A stretch of 64,000 bases of DNA from Hydrolagus colliei (taxonomy: Eukaryota): NCBI GenBank assembly GCA_035084275.1, contig CM068762.1, positions 6,820,001 through 6,884,000 on the forward strand, written 5' to 3'. This document shows, one piece after another, positions 1-12,000 of this stretch. How positions within the stretch are numbered: position 1 is the stretch's first letter; every line of letters begins with the position of its first letter. The notes beneath the pieces are model-generated. The model saw only the letters and a list, made by a program, of their open reading frames with translations. It did no database searches and was not told the origin of the DNA. The translations under genes were made by a program, and so were the position numbers.

Positions 1-3000
1 GAACTCGTGACTCCTTGAATGTTTCCTGGATTGAAAGCGATGGACGGAGGGATGACTATGTAATCCGTCTTCTGGACTTTGGGTCGAGCACAACGTTGAA
101 AGAAGCTGTCATTCGAAATGACTCTATAAACCATTCCTTTCAAAATTTGACGGCAGGGAAAAAATTTACTGTTGCCATTTTTACTAGAGCAGATCTATAC
201 AATTCAACAGTGGCCACTGCTACAGACTGGACATGTATGTATCTTTCAGATCCTTTTAATTCAGGTTTCTGCATTTATCTATTGCCGGACTGTAGAAATT
301 TTATCGTGTCCAACCAAAAAAGCCGTTTTCCATGTTTTATTATTGATGGTAAACAGAGAATATCCAAGTATTGACTGTTATGAAACAAATCTTCCCGGAC
401 AGTAAAAGCTGAGCATTTTGGTAGAGATCATGAGAAATTGGTTTCATGTTTTCTGTTCTATATAAATTATTGGAGCTATGTGCCACTATCAGCGAGCAGG
501 ACCCCAAATTCACATGAAAGAATGTTTCTTTGGTGGAGACTAATTGGATGAACAACTTTGCACAACTCTCTCTTAACTCTCTTTCTGCAGATCCATCGAC
601 AGCAATGAATTTGTCGATTGACAATACGAGATCGCCGAATACCTTGTGTGTTTTCTGGAATAAAAGTAATGGAGAAAGGGATGATTATATTATCAGTCTT
701 CAAGAGTTTCAATCATCAATCACGCTCCAAGAAACTGTCATTGGAAACGCGTCCATCGATCATTGCTTTCACCTTCTTGTGCCAGGCGTAAAATATTCAA
801 TTGGAATTATCGCAAGAGCTGGCCCATATAATTCCTCCATAGCAAATGATGCAGACACGACATGTAAGTGTGAATACGGTCTAATACTAGAATTGCAAAT
901 GACAATCTCGTCGCTGAAGCATTAAGGGTTTAACAACTAGTTGCGTAGGCAATTGGCTACAATGGATTAATAATAACTGACATGGTTGAAAGTGGCTTTA
1001 GAAGATAATGCATTGTTTACTACAAAGCAGCAGATCGAGGACGTGCTTTGAGATACTAGTATGAGCTTCAAAATACACTTGTCTTTCGATGGAAAGCTCA
1101 ATCAATTTGCAAACATCAGGACTCATTCTCACGTTTCCATCTCCAATGATGTCGTTAAATATGTTCACAAGTACCAACTTAGTGGAACTCACATTTATTT
1201 GCATCTTTACAGACCCTTCAAAACCAACCAACCTGACGCTTCAAAATAGTGGAACTCGTGACTCCTTGAATGTTTCCTGGATTGAAAGCGATGGACGGAG
1301 GGATGACTATGTAATCCGTCTTCTGGACTTTGGGTCGAGCACAACGTTGAAAGAAGCTGTCATTCGAAATGACTCTATAAACCATTCCTTTCAAAATTTG
1401 ACGGCAGGGAAAAAATTTACTGTTGCCATTTTTGCTAGAGCAGATCTATACAATTCAACAGTGGCCACTGCTACAGACTGGACATGTATGTATCTTTCAG
1501 ATCCTTTTAATTCAGGTTTCTGCATTTATCTATTGCCGGACTGTAGAAATTTTATCGTGTCCAACCAAAAAAGCCGTTTTCCAAGTTTTATTATTGATGG
1601 TAAACAGAGAATATCCAACTATTGACTGTTATGAAACAAATCTTCCCAGACAGTAAAAGCTGAGCATTTTGGTAGAGATCATGAGAAATTGGTTTCATGT
1701 TTTCTGTTCTATATAAATTATTGGAGCTATGTGCCACTATCAGCGAGCAGGACCCCAAATTCACATGAAAGAATGTTTCTTTGGTGGAGACTAATTGGAT
1801 GAACAACTTTGCACAACTCTCTCTTAACTCTCTTTCTGCAGATCCATCGACAGCAATGAATTTGTCGATTGACAATACGAGATCGCCGAATACCTTGTGT
1901 GTTTTCTGGAATAAAAGTAATGGAGAAAGGGATGATTATATTATCAGTCTTCAAGAGTTTCAATCATCAATCACGCTCCAAGAAACTGTCATTGGAAACG
2001 CGTCCATCGATCATTGCTTTCACCCTCTTGTGCCAGGCGTAAAATATTCAATTGGAATTATCGCAAGAGCTGGCCCATATAATTCCTCCATAGCAAATGA
2101 TGCAGACACGACATGTAAGTGTGAATACGGTCTAATACTAGAATTGCAAATGACAATCTCGTCGCTGAAGCATTAAGGGTTTAACAACTAGTTGCGTAGG
2201 GAATTGGCTACAATGGATTAATAATAACTGACATGGTTGAAAGTGGCTTTAGAAGATAATGCATTGTTTACTACAAAGCAGCAGATCGAGGACGTGCTTT
2301 GAGATACTAGTATGAGCTTCAAAATACACTTGTCTTTCGATGGAAAGCTCAATCAATTTGCAAACATCAGGACTCATTCTCACGTTTCCATCTCCAATGA
2401 TGTCGTTAAATATGTTCACAAGTACCAACTTAGTGGAACTCACATTTATTTGCATCTTTACAGACCCTTCAAAACCAACCAACCTGACGCTTCAAAATAG
2501 TGGAACTCGTGACTCCTTGAATGTTTCCTGGATTGAAAGCGATGGACGGAGGGATGACTATGTAATCCGTCTTCTGGACTTTGGGTCGAGCACAACGTTG
2601 AAAGAAGCTGTCATTCGAAATGACTCTATAAACCATTCCTTTCAAAATTTGACGGCAGGGAAAAAATTTACTGTTGCCATTTTTGCTAGAGCAGATCTAT
2701 ACAATTCAACAGTGGCCACTGCTACAGACTGGACATGTATGTATCTTTCAGATCCTTTTAATTCAGGTTTCTGCATTTATCTATTGCCGGACTGTAGAAA
2801 TTTTATCGTGTCCAACCAAAAAAGCCGTTTTCCATGTTTTATTATTGATGGTAAACAGAGAATATCCAACTATTGACTGTTATGAAACAAATCTTCCCGG
2901 ACAGTAAAAGCTGAGCATTTTGGTAGAGATCATGAGAAATTGGTTTCATGTTTTCTGTTCTATATAAATTATTGGAGCTATGTGCCACTATCAGCGAGCA

Positions 3001-6000
3001 GGACCCCAAATTCACATGAAAGAATGTTTCTTTGGTGGAGACTAATTGGATGAACAACTTTGCACAACTCTCTCTTAACTCTCTTTCTGCAGATCCATCG
3101 ACAGCAATGAATTTGTCGATTGACAATACGAGATCGCCGAATACCTTGTGTGTTTTCTGGAATAAAAGTAATGGAGAAAGGGATGATTATATTATCAGTC
3201 TTCAAGAGTTTCAATCATCAATCACGCTCCAAGAAACTGTCATTGGAAACGCGTCCATCGATCATTGCTTTCACCTTCTTGTGCCAGGCGTAAAATATTC
3301 AATTGGAATTATCACAAGAGCTGGCTCATATAATTCCTCCATAGCAAATGATGCAGACACGACATGTAAGTGTGAATACGGTCTAATACTAGAATTGCAA
3401 ATGACAATCTCGTCGCTGAAGCATTAAGGGTTTAACAACTAGTTGAGTAGGGAATTGGCTACAATGGATTAATAATAACTGACATGGTTGAAAGTGGCTT
3501 TAGAAGATAATGCATTGTTTACTACAAAGCAGCAGATCGAGGACGTGCTTTGAGATACTAGTATGAGCTTCAAAATACACTTGTCTTTCGATGGAAAGCT
3601 CAATCAATTTGCAAACATCAGGACTCATTCTCACGTTTCCATCTCCAATGATGTCGTTAAATATGTTCACAAGTACCAACTTAGTGGAACTCACATTTAT
3701 TTGCATCTTTACAGACCCTTCAAAACCAACCAACCTGACGCTTCAAAATATTGGAACTCGTGACTCCTTGAATGTTTCCTGGATTGAAAGCGATGGACGG
3801 AGGGATGACTATGTAATCCGTCTTCTGGACTTTGGGTCGAGCACAACGTTGAAAGAAGCTGTCATTCGAAATGACTCTATAAACCATTCTTTTCAAAATT
3901 TGACGGCAGGGAAAAAATTTACTGTTGCCATTTTTGCTAGAGCAGATCTATACAATTCAACAGTGGCCACTGCTACAGACTGGACATGTATGTATCTTTC
4001 AGATCCTTTTAATTCAGGTTTCTGCATTTATCTATTGCCGGACTGTAGAAATTTTATCGTGTCCAACCAAAAAAGCCGTTTTCCATGTTTTATTATTGAT
4101 GGTAAACAGAGAATATCCAACTATTGACTGTTATGAAACAAATCTTCCCGGACAGTAAAAGCTGAGCATTTTGGTAGAGATCATGAGAAATTGGTTTCAT
4201 GTTTTCTGTTCTATATAAATTATTGGAGCTATGTGCCACTATCAGCGAGCAGGACCCCAAATTCACATGAAAGAATGTTTCTTTGGTGGAGACTAATTGG
4301 ATGAACAACTTTGCACAACTCTCTCTTAACTCTCTTTCTGCAGATCCATCGACAGCAATGAATTTGTCGATTGACAATACGAGATCGCCGAATACCTTGT
4401 GTGTTTTCTGGAATAAAAGTAATGGAGAAAGGGATGATTATATTATCAGTCTTCAAGAGTTTCAATCATCAATCACGCTCCAAGAAACTGTCATTGGAAA
4501 CGCGTCCATCGATCATTGCTTTCACCTTCTTGTGCCAGGCGTAAAATATTCAATTGGAATTATCGCAAGAGCTGGCTCATATAATTCCTCCATAGCAAAT
4601 GATGCAGACACGACATGTAAGTGTGAATACGGTCTAATACTAGAATTGCAAATGACAATCTCGTCGCTGAAGCATTAAGGGTTTAACAACTAGTTGCGTA
4701 GGGAATTGGCTACAATGGATTAATAATAACTGACATGGTTGAAAGTGGCTTTAGAAGATAATGCATTGTTTACTACAAAGCAGCAGATCGAGGACGTGCT
4801 TTGAGATACTAGTATGAGCTTCAAAATACACTTGTCTTTCGATGGAAAGCTCAATCAATTTGCAAACATCAGGACTCATTCTCACGTTTCCATCTCCAAT
4901 GATGTCGTTAAATATGTTCACAAGTACCAACTTAGTGGAATTCACATTTATTTGCATCTTTACAGACCCTTCAAAACCAACCAACCTGATGCTTCAAAAT
5001 AGTGGAACTCGTGACTCCTTGAATGTTTCCTGGATTGAAAGCGATGGACGGAGGGATGACTATGTAATCCGTCTTCTGGACTTTGGGTCGAGCACAACGT
5101 TGAAAGAAGCTGTCATTCGAAATGACTCTATAAACCATTCTTTTCAAAATTTGACGGCAGGGAAAAAATTTACTGTTGCCATTTTTGCTAGAGCAGATCT
5201 ATACAATTCAACAGTGGCCACTGCTACAGACTGGACATGTATGTATCTTTCAGATCCTTTTAATTCAGGTTTCTGCATTTATCTATTGCCGGACTGTAGA
5301 AATTTTATCGTGTCCAACCAAAAAAGCCGTTTTCCATGTTTTATTATTGATGGTAAACAGAGAATATCCAACTATTGACTGTTATGAAACAAATCTTCCC
5401 GGACAGTAAAAGCTGAGCATTTTGGTAGAGATCATGAGAAATTGGTTTCATGTTTTCTGTTCTATATAAATTATTGGAGCTATGTGCCACTATCAGCGAG
5501 CAGGACCCCAAATTCACATGAAAGAATGTTTCTTTGGTGGAGACTAATTGGATGAACAACTTTGCACAACTCTCTCTTAACTCTCTTTCTGCAGATCCAT
5601 CGACAGCAATGAATTTGTCGATTGACAATACGAGATCGCCGAATACCTTGTGTGTTTTCTGGAATAAAAGTAATGGAGAAAGGGATGATTATATTATCAG
5701 TCTTCAAGAGTTTCAATCATCAATCACGCTCCAAGAAACTGTCATTGGAAACGCGTCCATCGATCATTGCTTTCACCTTCTTGTGCCAGGCGTAAAATAT
5801 TCAATTGGAATTATCGCAAGAGCTGGCTCATATAATTCCTCCATAGCAAATGATGCAGACACGACATGTAAGTGTGAATACGGTCTAATACTAGAATTGC
5901 AAATGACAATCTCGTCGCTGAAGCATTAAGGGTTTAACAACTAGTTGAGTAGGGAATTGGCTACAATGGATTAATAATAACTGACATGGTTGAAAGTGGC

Positions 6001-9000
6001 TTTAGAAGATAATGCATTGTTTACTACAAAGCAGCAGATCGAGGACGTGCTTTGAGATACTAGTATGAGCTTCAAAATACACTTGTCTTTCGATGGAAAG
6101 CTCAATCAATTTGCAAACATCAGGACTCATTCTCACGTTTCCATCTCCAATGATGTCGTTAAATATGTTCACAAGTACCAACTTAGTGGAACTCACATTT
6201 ATTTGCATCTTTACAGACCCTTCAAAACCAACCAACCTGACGCTTCAAAATATTGGAACTCGTGACTCCTTGAATGTTTCCTGGATTGAAAGCGATGGAC
6301 GGAGGGATGACTATGTAATCCGTCTTCTGGACTTTGGGTCGAGCACAACGTTGAAAGAAGCTGTCATTCGAAATGACTCTATAAACCATTCTTTTCAAAA
6401 TTTGACGGCAGGGAAAAAATTTACTGTTGCCATTTTTGCTAGAGCAGATCTATACAATTCAACAGTGGCCACTGCTACAGACTGGACATGTATGTATCTT
6501 TCAGATCCTTTTAATTCAGGTTTCTGCATTTATCTATTGCCGGACTGTAGAAATGTTATCGTGTCCAACCAAAAAAGCCGTTTTCCATGTTTTATTATTG
6601 ATGGTAAACAGAGAATATCCAACTATTGACTGTTATGAAACAAATCTTCCCGGACAGTAAAAGCTGAGCATTTTGGTAGAGATCATGAGAAATTGGTTTC
6701 ATGTTTTCTGTTCTATATAAATTATTGGAGCTATGTGCCACTATCAGCGAGCAGGACCCCAAATTCACATGAAAGAATGTTTCTTTGGTGGAGACTAATT
6801 GGATGAACAACTTTGCACAACTCTCTCTTAACTCTCTTTCTGCAGATCCATCGACAGCAATGAATTTGTCGATTGACAATACGAGATCGCCGAATACCTT
6901 GTGTGTTTTCTGGAATAAAAGTAATGGAGAAAGGGATGATTATATTATCAGTCTTCAAGAGTTTCAATCATCAATCACGCTCCAAGAAACTGTCATTGGA
7001 AACGCGTCCATCGATCATTGCTTTCACCTTCTTGTGCCAGGCGTAAAATATTCAATTGGAATTATCGCAAGAGCTGGCTCATATAATTCCTCCATAGCAA
7101 ATGATGCAGACACGACATGTAAGTGTGAATACGGTCTAATACTAGAATTGCAAATGACAATCTCGTCGCTGAAGCATTAAGGGTTTAACAACTAGTTGCG
7201 TAGGGAATTGGCTACAATGGATTAATAATAACTGACATGGTTGAAAGTGGCTTTAGAAGATAATGCATTGTTTACTACAAAGCAGCAGATCGAGGACGTG
7301 CTTTGAGATACTAGTATGAGCTTCAAAATACACTTGTCTTTCGATGGAAAGCTCAATCAATTTGCAAACATCAGGACTCATTCTCACGTTTCCATCTCCA
7401 ATGATGTCGTTAAATATGTTCACAAGTACCAACTTAGTGGAATTCACATTTATTTGCATCTTTACAGACCCTTCAAAACCAACCAACCTGATGCTTCAAA
7501 ATAGTGGAACTCGTGACTCCTTGAATGTTTCCTGGATTGAAAGCGATGGACGGAGGGATGACTATGTAATCCGTCTTCTGGACTTTGGGTCGAGCACAAC
7601 GTTGAAAGAAGCTGTCATTCGAAATGACTCTATAAACCATTCTTTTCAAAATTTGACGGCAGGGAAAAAATTTACTGTTGCCATTTTTGCTAGAGCAGAT
7701 CTATACAATTCAACAGTGGCCACTGCTACAGACTGGACATGTATGTATCTTTCAGATCCTTTTAATTCAGGTTTCTGCATTTATCTATTGCCGGACTGTA
7801 GAAATTTTATCGTGTCCAACCAAAAAAGCCGTTTTCCATGTTTTATTATTGATGGTAAACAGAGAATATCCAACTATTGACTGTTATGAAACAAATCTTC
7901 CCGGACAGTAAAAGCTGAGCATTTTGGTAGAGATCATGAGAAATTGGTTTCATGTTTTCTGTTCTATATAAATTATTGGAGCTATGTGCCACTATCAGCG
8001 AGCAGGACCCCAAATTCACATGAAAGAATGTTTCTTTGGTGGAGACTAATTGGATGAACAACTTTGCACAACTCTCTCTTAACTCTCTTTCTGCAGATCC
8101 ATCGACAGCAATGAATTTGTCGATTGACAATACGAGATCGCCGAATACCTTGTGTGTTTTCTGGAATAAAAGTAATGGAGAAAGGGATGATTATATTATC
8201 AGTCTTCAAGAGTTTCAATCATCAATCACGCTCCAAGAAACTGTCATTGGAAACGCTTCCATCGATCATTGCTTTCACCTTCTTGTGCCAGGCGTAAAAT
8301 ATTCAATTGGAATTATCGCAAGAGCTGGCCCATATAATTCCTCCATAGCAAATGATGCAGACACGACATGTAAGTGTGAATACGGTCTAATACTAGAATT
8401 GCAAATGACAATCTCGTCGCTGAAGCATTAAGGGTTTAACAACTAGTTGCGTAGGGAATTGGCTACAATGGATTAATAATAACTGACATGGTTGAAAGTG
8501 GCTTTAGAAGATAATGCATTGTTTACTACAAAGCAGCAGATCGAGGACGTGCTTTGAGATACTAGTATGAGCTTCAAAATACACTTGTCTTTCGATGGAA
8601 AGCTCAATCAATTTGCAAACATCAGGACTCATTCTCACGTTTCCATCTCCAATGATGTCGTTAAATATGTTCACAAGTACCAACTTAGTGGAATTCACAT
8701 TTATTTGCATCTTTACAGACCCTTCAAAACCAACCAACCTGACGCTTCAAAATAGTGGAACTCGTGACTCCTTGAATGTTTCCTGGATTGAAAGCGATGG
8801 ACGGAGGGATGACTATGTAATCCGTCTTCTGGACTTTGGGTCGAGCACAACGTTGAAAGAAGCTGTCATTCGAAATGACTCTATAAACCATTCTTTTCAA
8901 AATTTGACGGCAGGGAAAAAATTTACTGTTGCCATTTTTGCTAGAGCAGATCTATACAATTCAACAGTGGCCACTGCTACAGACTGGACATGTATGTATC

Positions 9001-12000
9001 TTTCAGATCCTTTTAATTCAGGTTTCTGCATTTATCTATTGCCGGACTGTAGAAATTTTATCGTGTCCAACCAAAAAAGCCGTTTTCCATGTTTTATTAT
9101 TGATGGTAAACAGAGAATATCCAACTATTGACTGTTATGAAACAAATCTTCCCAGACAGTAAAAGCTGAGCATTTTGGTAGAGATCATGAGAAATTGGTT
9201 TCATGTTTTCTGTTCTATATAAATTATTGGAGCTATGTGCCACTATCAGCGAGCAGGACCCCAAATTCACATGAAAGAATGTTTCTTTGGTGGAGACTAA
9301 TTGGATGAACAACTTTGCACAACTCTCTCTTAACTCTCTTTCTGCAGATCCATCGACAGCAATGAATTTGTCGATTGACAATACGAGATCGCCGAATACC
9401 TTGTGTGTTTTCTGGAATAAAAGTAATGGAGAAAGGGATGATTATATTATCAGTCTTCAAGAGTTTCAATCATCAATCACGCTCCAAGAAACTGTCATTG
9501 GAAACGCGTCCATCGATCATTGCTTTCACCCTCTTGTGCCAGGCGTAAAATATTCAATTGGAATTATCGCAAGAGCTGGCCCATATAATTCCTCCATAGC
9601 AAATGATGCAGACACGACATGTAAGTGTGAATACGGTCTAATACTAGAATTGCAAATGACAATCTCGTCGCTGAAGCATTAAGGGTTTAACAACTAGTTG
9701 CGTAGGCAATTGGCTACAATGGATTAATAATAACTGACATGGTTGAAAGTGGCTTTAGAAGATAATGCATTGTTTACTACAAAGCAGCAGATCGAGGACG
9801 TGCTTTGAGATACTAGTATGAGCTTCAAAATACACTTGTCTTTCGATGGAAAGCTCAATCAATTTGCAAACATCAGGACTCATTCTCACGTTTCCATCTC
9901 CAATGATGTCGTTAAATATGTTCACAAGTACCAACTTAGTGGAACTCACATTTATTTGCATCTTTACAGACCCTTCAAAACCAACCAACCTGACGCTTCA
10001 AAATAGTGGAACTCGTGACTCCTTGAATGTTTCCTGGATTGAAAGCGATGGACGGAGGGATGACTATGTAATCCGTCTTCTGGACTTTGGGTCGAGCACA
10101 ACGTTGAAAGAAGCTGTCATTCGAAATGACTCTATAATCTATTCCTTTCAAAATTTGACGGCAGGGAAAAAATATACTGTTGCCATTTTTGCTAGAGCAG
10201 ATCTATACAATTCAACAGTGGCCACTGCTACAGACTGGACATGTATGTATCTTTCAGATCCTTTTAATTCAGGTTTCTGCATTTATCTATTGCAGGACTG
10301 TAGAAATTTTATCGTGTCCAACCAAAAAAGCCGTTTTCCATGTTTTATTATTGATGGTAAACAGAGAATATCCAACTATTGACTGTTATGAAACAAATCT
10401 TCCCAGACAGTAAAAGCTGAGCATTTTGGTAGAGATCATGAGAAATTGGTTTCATGTTTTCTGTTCTATATAAATTATTGGAGCTATGTGCCACTATCAG
10501 CGAGCAGGACCCCAAATTCACATGAAAGAATGTTTCTTTGGTGGAGACTAATTGGATGAACAACTTTGCACAACTCTCTCTTAACTCTCTTTCTGCAGAT
10601 CCATCGACAGCAATGAATTTGTCGATTGACAATACGAGATCGCCGAATACCTTGTGTGTTTTCTGGAATAAAAGTAATGGAGAAAGGGATGATTATATTA
10701 TCAGTCTTCAAGAGTTTCAATCATCAATCACGCTCCAAGAAACTGTCATTGGAAACGCGTCCATCGATCATTGCTTTCACCTTCTTGTGCCAGGCGTAAA
10801 ATATTCAATTGGAATTATCGCAAGAGCTGGCCCATATAATTCCTCCATAGCAAATGATGCAGACACGACATGTAAGTGTGAATACGGTCTAATACTAGAA
10901 TTGCAAATGACAATCTCGTCGCTGAAGCATTAAGGGTTTAACAACTAGTTGCGTAGGGAATTGGCTACAATGGATTAATAATAACTGACATGGTTGAAAG
11001 TGGCTTTAGAAGATAATGCATTGTTTACTACAAAGCAGCAGATCGAGGACGTGCTTTGAGATACTAGTATGAGCTTCAAAATACACTTGTCTTTCGATGG
11101 AAAGCTCAATCAATTTGCAAACATCAGGACTCATTCTCACGTTTCCATCTCCAATGATGTCGTTAAATATGTTCACAAGTACCAACTTAGTGGAACTCAC
11201 ATTTATTTGCATCTATCTTTACAGACCCTTCAAAACCAACCAACGTGACGCTTCAAAATAGTGGAACTCGTGACTCCTTGAATGTTTCCTGGATTGAAAG
11301 CGATGGACGGAGGGATGACTATGTAATCCGTCTTCTGGACTTTGGGTCGAGCACAACGTTGAAAGAAGTTGTCATTCGAAATGACTCTATAATCCATTCC
11401 TTTCAAAATTTGATGGCAGGGAAAAAATATACTGTTGCCATTTTTGCTAGAGCAGATCTATACAATTCAACAGTGGCCACTGCTACAGACTGGACATGTA
11501 TGTATCTTTCAGATCCTTTAAATTCAGGTTTCTGCATTTATCTATTGCAGGACTGTAGAAATTTTATCGTGTCCAACCAAAAAAGCCGTTTTCCATGTTT
11601 TATTATTGATGGTAAACAAAGTATACCCAACTATTGACTGTTATGAAACAAATCTTCCAGGACAGTAAAAGCTGAGCATTTTGGGAGAGATCATGAGAAA
11701 TTGGTTTCATGTTTTCTGTTCTATATAAATTATTGGAGCTATGTGCCACTATCAGAGAGCAGGACCCCAAATTCACATGAAAGAATGTTTCTTTGGTGGA
11801 GACTAATTGGATGAACAACTTTGCACAACTCTCTCTTAACTCTCTTTCTGCAGATCCATCGACAGCAATGAATTTGTCGATTGACAATACGAGATCGCCG
11901 AATACCTTGTGTGTTTTCTGGAATAAAAGTAATGGAGAAAGGGATGATTATATTATCAGTCTTCAAGAGTTTCAATCATCAATCACGCTCCAAGAAACTG

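Noticed and set aside
1486-1510. Acceptor-like tatctttcag|ATCC 15 nt after each exon A donor
   Set aside because: Too close to the donor to define an intron, no FN3-like sequence follows, and it is altered in the diverged unit at 12742.
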